From positions 1-44,508 of the forward strand of contig WAQC01000068.1 in assembly GCA_015520425.1 (NCBI GenBank): a DNA stretch of 44,508 bases, read 5' to 3'. A program made the translations under genes and the position numbers. This DNA comes from Candidatus Pelearchaeum sp. Its GTDB lineage: Archaea; Thermoproteota; Nitrososphaeria_A; Caldarchaeales; Caldarchaeaceae. Below the pieces are notes generated by a model, which was not told the DNA's origin, searched no databases, and was given only the letters and a program-made list of their open reading frames with translations. Below, piece by piece: positions 18,551 through 25,339 of the stretch. Position 1 is the first letter of the stretch, and each line of letters begins with the position of its first letter.

Positions 18551-19306
18551 CTATGTAAGGAAACGGCTTCTAATCTTAGAACTCATGTAGTCTAAAGAGA
18601 TTACTATGGCGAGTATCACTAGAAGAGTAGTTAGTAATCCATCATATTTAAGAGATTGAATTAAAGCCATTATAAGAAATCCTACACCACCTGCACCTAC
18701 CAGACCAACTATACTAGATGCTCTAACATTATACTCGAATATGAATAAAAGCTGACTTATAATATAGTTGGCTGACTCAGGAATAACGGCATAACGGAGT
18801 ATTTGTAACCGTGTCGCACCTACACCCCTAACTGCGTCTATAACCTCGCTACTCACCGAGTCAAACGCCTCATAAAAGAGTTTGCCTAGGTAGCCTACAG
18901 TGTACATGCTTAAAGCTAAGACACCAGCTACAGGTCCGAAGCCGATAACAATTACAAACAATAAAGCCCATAATATGGCGGGTATGGTTCTGATTAACGC
19001 TAGTAGTGTGCGAAAAACAACTCTAACGGGATTAGAGAATATGAGGCGGGTACTAAACATAGCCAAGATTATTGAAAGAGTTCCCCCTATTATTGTTCCT
19101 GCAAACGCCATGAGAATTGTTTCAAAGACGGCATATAGAACTTCAGGTATTATATTGATGTCTGGAGGAAACATTTCCGATAATAAGATGACTACGTTTT
19201 GTATTTTTAACAGTCCATCTGGTCTGAAGAATCCCAGATACCAGAGAGTAGCTAAGAAAGCAGACACTAAGACTATTAGCCAGAGTTGATGCGTTTTAGT
19301 TCTCAT
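18551..19306 (-). CDS. phnE: Phosphonate/phosphite-type ABC transporter permease
   Basis: 251-aa polytopic permease. Stop/start overlaps phnC (19303-19306). Family assigned from context and PhnE-like topology. Confidence 0.75.
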   Translation of the reverse strand: MRTKTHQLWLIVLVSAFLATLWYLGFFRPDGLLKIQNVVILLSEMFPPDINIIPEVLYAVFETILMAFAGTIIGGTLSIILAMFSTRLIFSNPVRVVFRTLLALIRTIPAILWALLFVIVIGFGPVAGVLALSMYTVGYLGKLFYEAFDSVSSEVIDAVRGVGATRLQILRYAVIPESANYIISQLLFIFEYNVRASSIVGLVGAGGVGFLIMALIQSLKYDGLLTTLLVILAIVISLDYMSSKIRSRFLT

Positions 19307-20034
19307 ATCATAGCTCTTAGTAGATCATCCTTATTTATCATTTCTTGCATAGCTCTATAGACTATTGTCCCATCTTTCATCACTAATACCTCATCTGCAT
19401 AATCAGATACCAACTGGATATCATGGGTAGTTATGACTATGCCTATTTTCCTTTGTTCTGCTAGCTTCTTAAAATCGTCAAGTATTTCCAATGATGTTAC
19501 TGGGTCAAGTTGGCTTATGAACTCGTCTGCTAATATTACTTCTGGGTCTTGCATTAGGGCTCTTGCTATGGCTACTCTTTGTCTTTGACCTCCGCTTATC
19601 CTAGATACTTTATCATAACGTAAATCGTATATATTAAGCATCTTTAGGATTTCTTCGGCTTTTCTTATCTCATGTTCGGGGAATCGTCCAAGAAGTGAGT
19701 GCAGTAGAGAGATGCGGGAGAGAGCGCCTATAATCACATTCTCTAGAACTGTGAGATTCATGACCACACCAAACCCCTGGGGTATATAGCCGATAGTTCT
19801 GTATACCTCACGTTTTGCTTGTCCATTCATAAATTTGCCTTTGTATTTTATTTCGCCCTTAACAGGGACTAGTATGCCCTTAAGTAATTTTAGAAGCGTG
19901 GTCTTTCCTACCCCGCTTCTACCGAATATCATGTAAATCTGTCCTTCGCGTATGGTTATAGAAATGTCGCGAATAATGTATTTAGAACCGTTATAGGAAA
20001 ACCATAGGTTATTAGCCTCTAAGAGGATAGTCAA
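19303..20034 (-). CDS. phnC: Phosphonate/phosphite-type ABC transporter ATP-binding protein
   Basis: 243 aa. Walker A GRSGVGKTT, signature ISGGQRQRVAIARAL, Walker B ILADEF. Confidence 0.85.
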   Translation of the reverse strand: MTILLEANNLWFSYNGSKYIIRDISITIREGQIYMIFGRSGVGKTTLLKLLKGILVPVKGEIKYKGKFMNGQAKREVYRTIGYIPQGFGVVMNLTVLENVIIGALSRISLLHSLLGRFPEHEIRKAEEILKMLNIYDLRYDKVSRISGGQRQRVAIARALMQDPEVILADEFISQLDPVTSLEILDDFKKLAEQRKIGIVITTHDIQLVSDYADEVLVMKDGTIVYRAMQEMINKDDLLRAMI

Positions 20035-20969
20035 CCAAACGACAACCCCGTAAGCTCTATGAACTTCTTAAGTGAAGCTAGATGTTCTTCGGATGACGAT
20101 TCTTTGAAACCTACGAAGATCGCCGAGACTAGTTTCTTCATCAAGTCTCTATAATCTTCTTGTCCAAGTTCTAGGAAGGCTGCTTTTATTCGTGTCTTCA
20201 AGTCTTCTGGGAGGTCGTTGACTGCAACTACTACATGCGATGGAAGAGGACCCTGCTTCTCTATTACCCTGCTTCCACTGATTGCCTCTTTATACAGGTC
20301 GTATGCAACATCCCCTGCTATAACTGCAACATCTACCTGACCTGCTTTAAGCGCGGCCCAACATTGCCCATAGCCCCCTCCGAAGATTACTTCGCTGAAG
20401 AAGTCTTTTGGGTCTGCCTGCTGGTCTTCCTTTACTTCAAGTAGCCCGAGTTCTACCATCCTTGCTACTGGAGCTAGGTAGCCTGATGATGAGAGAGGAC
20501 TTGGAAAGCATGCTTTCTTATTCCGTAGGTCTTGTAGGCTTTTATAGGGGCTATCTGGGAGAACTATCCAGTAAGAGAAGTAGTATGTTGATTCTACTAT
20601 CTTATCATCTATTGCGACGGTTCGGACTTCGGCCAGTATGACCTCTGAATCTGCTGTGCGTGTTGCTATGTAGGCTGGCCACGAGCCCATAAGAGCTACA
20701 TGAGCATTTCTGAAGCGAAGAGCCTCTATAACAGCCGCGTAATTAGTTGGTACGTAAATTTCAACAGGCATACCCAGCCTTTTCTCAAGGAATACCCGTA
20801 GCTCCTCAGCTCTAGACCTTATATCTATCGGATTCTGTGTGGGCTGAACAGCTACTATAAGCTTCTCCTCCCCTTGAGATTGTAAAATGAAAAACGTAGC
20901 AAAAACTGCTGCGAAAATGACTGCTGCAATCAATGAAAGCGCAATGCGTTTATTCATTGTTTTAGTCAT
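20031..20969 (-). CDS. phnD: Phosphonate/phosphite/phosphate ABC transporter substrate-binding protein (PhnD family), membrane-anchored
   Basis: 312 aa. N-terminal anchor, then PhnD-like motifs (PTNYAAVIEALRFRNAHVALMG; PSPLSSSGYLAPV). Confidence 0.8.
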   Translation of the reverse strand: MTKTMNKRIALSLIAAVIFAAVFATFFILQSQGEEKLIVAVQPTQNPIDIRSRAEELRVFLEKRLGMPVEIYVPTNYAAVIEALRFRNAHVALMGSWPAYIATRTADSEVILAEVRTVAIDDKIVESTYYFSYWIVLPDSPYKSLQDLRNKKACFPSPLSSSGYLAPVARMVELGLLEVKEDQQADPKDFFSEVIFGGGYGQCWAALKAGQVDVAVIAGDVAYDLYKEAISGSRVIEKQGPLPSHVVVAVNDLPEDLKTRIKAAFLELGQEDYRDLMKKLVSAIFVGFKESSSEEHLASLKKFIELTGLSFG

Positions 20970-21014
20970 TCTTAATGCACCTCGAATTATAACGGTGTTA
21001 TAGGTCTATTTAAC

Positions 21015-21120
21015 TTTCACTCTGTGAAATAGTTATTTCACAGAGTTAATCACAAGTTATTTAATTGCTGTGAAATATAAGCAATATTCACATCGTTAAA
21101 TAGTTAATCGCAGCGTGAAA
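21015..21120. promoter_or_regulatory. Array of GTGAAA/TTTCAC half-sites (candidate operators) in the divergent phnD / regulator promoter region
   Basis: TTTCAC 21015-20, GTGAAA 21024-29, TTTCAC 21036-41. Together they form the perfect palindrome CTCTGTGAAATA-GT-TATTTCACAGAG at 21020-21045. A second near-palindrome TGTGAAATAT-AAGCA-ATATTCACA lies at 21069-21092. Another GTGAAAT sits at 21115-21121. The context is AT-rich. Confidence 0.5.
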
Positions 21121-21126
21121 TTGAGG

Positions 21127-21864
21127 ATGAACCTGAGGGCGGAGAAGATAATCCCAGGGGTTAGGGCTGTGCTTGCCCGTCTCTTGGTTGAGAAGTATGG
21201 ACTGAAGAAGGTTGAGGTTGCTAGAGCTCTTGGCTTGAGTCCGCAGGCTGTTACCCAGTATCTCACTGGTGCGCGTGCTGGGGATGTGGCGGAGATGCTA
21301 AAGCATCAGCAAGTATTGACATTGATAGAAGATTTAGCGGCCAAGATAGCGGCAAGAGGAGGCCAGCTTATGCAAGCTGAGATAATAGACCTGGCTTTTG
21401 AGATAGCTTCAATAATCCAGTCAAAGCCTGAAGAAGAAAAAAAGGAGGCAATTCCGACTGATGTTAAAGAGAAGTTGTTGAAGACGCTGCGGGCTAGGCT
21501 TCAGGCTGAGCAGGAGGCTGCTGAGCTGTTTATGGGTGTTGCGGCGAAGATGCGTAATGATTTGAGCAGGCTTCTATTCAGGCAGATAGCTAGTGACAGC
21601 ATAAGGCATGCAGACATAGTTATGGCCACCATATCCGCTATAGAGCGGGGTGAAGATGCTCCAGTAGATTTCCCAGAGGAGAAGGAGCTTAAGAAACTGC
21701 TGGAGAATGAAGAAACGGCTCACGTCCATAGCCTTGAAGATGTTAGGCATCTAATACAGAACGATGTTATAGGACTGCTCATAGACTCTATTGAGGCTGA
21801 CGAGGAGAAGCACGCGAAGATACTGGCTAAGCTGATTAGCATTAAACAGCAGAAAAGGCAATAA
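21127..21864 (+). CDS. Transcriptional regulator: N-terminal HTH fused to a C-terminal ferritin/rubrerythrin-like four-helix-bundle domain
   Basis: HTH segment KKVEVARALGLSPQAVTQYLTG. The C-terminal half carries paired carboxylate/His motifs (EQEAAELF, DSIRHADIV, ENEETAHVHSLE, EADEEKHAKIL) reminiscent of di-iron ExxH sites. The track start at 21115 (GTG) lies inside a repeat copy, so ATG 21127 is preferred. Confidence 0.55.
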   Translation: MNLRAEKIIPGVRAVLARLLVEKYGLKKVEVARALGLSPQAVTQYLTGARAGDVAEMLKHQQVLTLIEDLAAKIAARGGQLMQAEIIDLAFEIASIIQSKPEEEKKEAIPTDVKEKLLKTLRARLQAEQEAAELFMGVAAKMRNDLSRLLFRQIASDSIRHADIVMATISAIERGEDAPVDFPEEKELKKLLENEETAHVHSLEDVRHLIQNDVIGLLIDSIEADEEKHAKILAKLISIKQQKRQ

Positions 21865-21866
21865 CT

Positions 21867-22094
21867 CTACTCTGGAATCTTTAGGCCAAGCCTCTGCCGC
21901 AGCCTAACTATCTTCTCCCTATGCTCGCGTATGAGCGACTCCATATTTTTAGGCGTCTCGTAGCCGTGTTTCTCGCGTATAGAAATCTTGAATAAAGCCC
22001 ATCTACGGGCTAGCTCGTTGAGCTCTTCCGAAGTTAGCTCTTCCCGAAGAATCTCCCTAGCTATGCTGTCAAACTCGTCCCTGTCATCTTGCAT
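21867..22094 (-). CDS. Small helical hypothetical protein
   Basis: The track ORF (102 aa) overlaps the nuoA start. The internal ATG at 22094 gives a 75-aa product (MQDDRDEFDSIAREIL...) and leaves a ~70-nt divergent promoter region containing TTTAAATA. No family recognised. Confidence 0.35.
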   Translation of the reverse strand: MQDDRDEFDSIAREILREELTSEELNELARRWALFKISIREKHGYETPKNMESLIREHREKIVRLRQRLGLKIPE

Positions 22095-22165
22095 GTCCTG
22101 CCCCTTTTTATGTCTAGACTCAGATTTAAATACGCGGTAAAAGCAGATTCGCAAGGTGCCTAAAC

Positions 22166-22522
22166 ATGGCATCACATGACGCGCTTATAATCTACCTAGT
22201 TCTAGTAGTTATACTCCCCATACTGTTCTGGGGGATGAACAAGCTTCTGGGCCCGCGTAGGCCCCAGAGAAAGAAGAGTATAGCCTTTGAGTGTGGGCAG
22301 GAGCCTATGAGGTGGAGGCCATCACCCTTCCCATTTGAATATTTCCCATACGCCATAATCTACGTGGCTTACGCGGTTTTGGCTATTGTTGCGTTCCTCA
22401 CATCGGTAACGCTAATAGACAGGCCAGACGCGGCTCTTCGTGTGATATTGATACTCGCTATTATAAGCGCCTCCTCAATCTACCTGGCGCTAAACCTTAG
22501 AGACCTGGGACAGAGGTTGTAG
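22166..22522 (+). CDS. nuoA: NADH-quinone oxidoreductase subunit A
   Basis: 118 aa, three TM helices, conserved FECGQEP loop. Confidence 0.8.
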   Translation: MASHDALIIYLVLVVILPILFWGMNKLLGPRRPQRKKSIAFECGQEPMRWRPSPFPFEYFPYAIIYVAYAVLAIVAFLTSVTLIDRPDAALRVILILAIISASSIYLALNLRDLGQRL

Positions 22523-22526
22523 TAAT

Positions 22527-23564
22527 ATGCCCCTGGCAGCTCAAATCTTACCTCCACCAATTGAGCAGCTCATAAACTTCATCACAAGCGACGCGTTTGT
22601 TAAAGCGGTGATATTCCCAGGCGCTATATTTGTATCAGTCTTTGGGCTTTTTACCGTCTGGTATGAGAGAAAACTACTGGCGCGTGTAATGTTGCGTATA
22701 GGTCCTCTGCATGTAGGCAAATATGCTGGTCTTATGCAAGTTGTCGCGGATACTGTAAAGTTCCTCTCCAAAGAGTATATCATTCCTGAAACTGCTAGAA
22801 AGCGTTTATTCATATTAATGCCGATGCTCGGTGTGGTTGTTAATGCGCTACTCTTCGCTTTTCTCCCCTTCGGTCCCATGTGGCTCATATTTCCGTCAGA
22901 CATAAGCATACTCCTCTTCTTCATTTTTGTGGCCATCTCGCCCATACCTCTCATATTGGCTGGATGGGCGTCTGGAAACAAATACAGCCTGATAGGAATC
23001 ATTAGATTCGCCTTTCAGATATTCGCATACGAAATACCCTTGTTCCTAGCTCTTACTGGAGTAATCGTGATGGCCCGCTCATTTGACATTGTTAAGATAG
23101 TTGAAGCTCAAGCATCTATGCCGTTCATCATACCGCAGATAATCGGGTTCTTGGCTTTCTTCATAACCTTGGTGAGCGAGGTGGAGCGGATACCCTTTGA
23201 TATGCCTACTGCTGAGCAAGAGCTTGTAGAGGGCTGGATGGTGGAATTCTCCTCGTATGGATTCCTGATGCTCCAGTTGGCAACCTACCTAAAGCTAGAC
23301 GCGCTAGTGGTACTAACAACGCTCCTATACCTAGGGGGATGGTATGGGCCAGCCATACCTGGAATACCCGACTTCATACTAGCACCCTTCTGGGTTCTCC
23401 TAAAATCCCTAGTCATACTAACCGCTGTACTTCTCCTGAGAGGAACATATCCACGGATAACTATTAAGAAAATACTAGACCTAGGTTGGCGTGTCCTCAT
23501 ACCCATGACATTACTAAACCTGCTTATAGTCAGCATTATTATGACTATTCCACAGTTCTTTTAA
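22527..23564 (+). CDS. nuoH: NADH-quinone oxidoreductase subunit H
   Basis: 345 aa. NuoH/ND1 motifs (YERKLLARVMLRIGP; GWASGNKYSLIGIIR; EVERIPFDMPTAEQELVEGW). Confidence 0.9.
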   Translation: MPLAAQILPPPIEQLINFITSDAFVKAVIFPGAIFVSVFGLFTVWYERKLLARVMLRIGPLHVGKYAGLMQVVADTVKFLSKEYIIPETARKRLFILMPMLGVVVNALLFAFLPFGPMWLIFPSDISILLFFIFVAISPIPLILAGWASGNKYSLIGIIRFAFQIFAYEIPLFLALTGVIVMARSFDIVKIVEAQASMPFIIPQIIGFLAFFITLVSEVERIPFDMPTAEQELVEGWMVEFSSYGFLMLQLATYLKLDALVVLTTLLYLGGWYGPAIPGIPDFILAPFWVLLKSLVILTAVLLLRGTYPRITIKKILDLGWRVLIPMTLLNLLIVSIIMTIPQFF

Positions 23565-23953
23565 CGGCCTGTTATCCTCTCCGCTGCTATCTTTAGAATA
23601 ACCCTAATCTCCCCACCCTTCCACGGATATTTCTCCTTCCCTAGATACTTCTTAGCAAGCGAGTCTATATGCTCGTCAGCACCGTCTGTGGTCTGCTCAA
23701 CCACGCGGCCGCGTATCTGATACGCTTTATACGGATTACTCCAGTCCACTATCGCTATAGCAACACGCGGGTCTCTACTAACGTTGCGCTGCTTCACCCT
23801 CCCCACAGCGGTATTCACACGTATTATGTTGTCTTCTCTATCAATCCACACAGGCGTAACTTGAGGAGAGCCATCAGACATTACTGTTGCCAGAAAAGCA
23901 AAATTCTTACCATCTATTATCTTCTTTAATTCTTCAGGTAGTTCCAATACCAT
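23561..23953 (-). CDS. Pyridoxamine 5'-phosphate oxidase family (FMN/F420-binding split-barrel) protein
   Basis: 130 aa. FAFLATVMSDGSPQVTPVWIDRED...DPRVAIAIVD is typical of small PPOX-class proteins. Convergent 4-nt overlap with the nuoH stop. Confidence 0.7.
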   Translation of the reverse strand: MVLELPEELKKIIDGKNFAFLATVMSDGSPQVTPVWIDREDNIIRVNTAVGRVKQRNVSRDPRVAIAIVDWSNPYKAYQIRGRVVEQTTDGADEHIDSLAKKYLGKEKYPWKGGEIRVILKIAAERITGR

Positions 23954-23994
23954 GCAATATATTCAATGAAGGTTGGAAATATTGTTTTCGGATT

Positions 23995-24360
23995 CTATCC
24001 TTTTCTCATCCTCTTCAGCTTGAATTCTAGGCCAGTTACTATAAGGTTGGCGCGGGTTATAGTATATACTACCTGGTTTGATATGTGGGCATGTAACGCG
24101 CTATCCATGTTATCACCATTATCGCGCCATTTGTTATATATTGATACCATGTTATTGTTCAAATCATCGTAGCCAGACATCATTTTCAAAAATTCCTGAT
24201 TATTTTTGAGCTGCTCATTTACTTGATAAGCTTTTTCTATGTAGGAGTAGTCTTCCTCGTCAAGAAACTTTCTTAAGTAATAGATGAGTTCCTTAATCTT
24301 TGTACGGCATTCAAGCATTGTCACACGCTGCGAAGCAGTTACCTCGTGTGAAGTGCTCAT
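23995..24360 (-). CDS. Orphan helical protein in a very low-GC patch
   Basis: 121 aa from ATG 24360 (the track lists a GTG at 24369). Asn-rich (NN, NNN). Starts 1 nt after the nuoI stop. No recognisable family. Confidence 0.45.
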   Translation of the reverse strand: MSTSHEVTASQRVTMLECRTKIKELIYYLRKFLDEEDYSYIEKAYQVNEQLKNNQEFLKMMSGYDDLNNNMVSIYNKWRDNGDNMDSALHAHISNQVVYTITRANLIVTGLEFKLKRMRKG

Positions 24361-24361
24361 T

Positions 24362-25279
24362 CTACCCACCCCGTAGTATTAGTTGTAGTCTTTCAAACCA
24401 GCCTAGCTCAGCAGGTGGCTGCGTTCTTGGGGGACTAGCAAGCTTTTTCGGGTCATAGTAGAGGGAGATACGGTCTGTTGCTGACAGCTCATATTCGGGA
24501 GACATTTCCAAGGCGTAGAATGGGCATGCATCAACGCAGAAGCCACAGAATACGCATCTACCATAATCTACGGATGGGAAGTACGACTTCTTATTCTGGG
24601 GCTTGCCCTCGTCTATCTTTACTACACCCAGTCTTATCTTTAAGTCATCACGGGAAATCTCGTGGTATTCGTCTTCTTTATCGGCTCCCTCAACCGTGAT
24701 GGGCTTAACGCTCCAGCCATTCTCAGAACACCAGCGCAGGAACTCGGAGAAATGCTTCTCTATCACCGCTTCGGAGCGATAGTCGTATATGGGGTCTAGG
24801 TTCAGCTTCCACTCATAGCCTCCATCCTTCTGCTGTACGCTGCGTATATCAGACCAGGCTACTGGAATAACTGGATGAGACACCGAGAGGTTAGGCTCAC
24901 TACGTTGCTTAGGCGATAAGCTATCTACTAAAGCCTCCATAAGCTCTACAACGGTCTTCTCCCCCTTCTTGAGAGCGTCATAGAAAGCCTTATCAAAATG
25001 CAGGAAAACATTAAACCCGTACACCATAGTTATTGCCTCTGAAATATTCTGGCACGCTATATCACAAAGACTACAGCCCGTGCATTTATTTAGATGTAGG
25101 ACATGCCTTCCTTTAAAGCCAGGATAGGCGATGCCCGCTTTTGGGTCGTATCTAAAGTTCTCTCCTGTAACGTTCTCTATCCTTTCATAAGGGTACTTGA
25201 CAGTCACAGGTGTCATGAATATATGCTTTACAGCCACCACAAACGGCTTAATCACACGCGAGACCTGGCTGAGCGACAC
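24362..25279 (-). CDS. nuoI: NADH-quinone oxidoreductase subunit I with a large insertion between the two 4Fe-4S motifs
   Basis: 305 aa. NuoI-like N-terminus (VKHIFMTPVTVKYPYE...FKGRHVLHLNKCTGCSLCDIACQ) and C-terminus (YGRCVFCGFCVDACPFYALEMSPEYEL). The cluster motifs sit at C66-C76 and C242-C252. Confidence 0.8.
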   Translation of the reverse strand: MSLSQVSRVIKPFVVAVKHIFMTPVTVKYPYERIENVTGENFRYDPKAGIAYPGFKGRHVLHLNKCTGCSLCDIACQNISEAITMVYGFNVFLHFDKAFYDALKKGEKTVVELMEALVDSLSPKQRSEPNLSVSHPVIPVAWSDIRSVQQKDGGYEWKLNLDPIYDYRSEAVIEKHFSEFLRWCSENGWSVKPITVEGADKEDEYHEISRDDLKIRLGVVKIDEGKPQNKKSYFPSVDYGRCVFCGFCVDACPFYALEMSPEYELSATDRISLYYDPKKLASPPRTQPPAELGWFERLQLILRGG

Positions 25280-25339
25280 GCCCTAAACACCTACGAGGCT
25301 GTCAGACTTTGGTTTTCCCTCCCTAAATAGATAGCCTAG

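Noticed and set aside
18529-21115. Integrative element with att sites flanking phnCDE.
   Set aside because: I found no integrase or recombinase gene and no visible repeat of the tRNA-Val 3' end at the distal border. Only the compositional anomaly is retained as a finding.
21015-21121. Replication origin (ORB/mini-ORB inverted repeats around an AT-rich stretch).
   Set aside because: The repeat core GTGAAAT does not match the archaeal ORB consensus (..CCAGTGGAAA..). No orc1/cdc6 or whiP gene is adjacent. The spacing looks like promoter operators. I keep this only as a remote alternative.
21115-21126. GTG start proposed for the HTH/ferritin-like regulator.
   Set aside because: The GTG is part of the sixth GTGAAA repeat copy, so it is more likely operator or leader sequence. 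ATG 21127 is preferred, though not proven.
21867-22175. Full-length 102-aa version of the small minus-strand ORF overlapping the nuoA start.
   Set aside because: The first 27 codons (MMPCLGTLRICFYRVFKSESRHKKGQD) would remove any promoter space for both divergent genes. The internal ATG at 22094 is more plausible.
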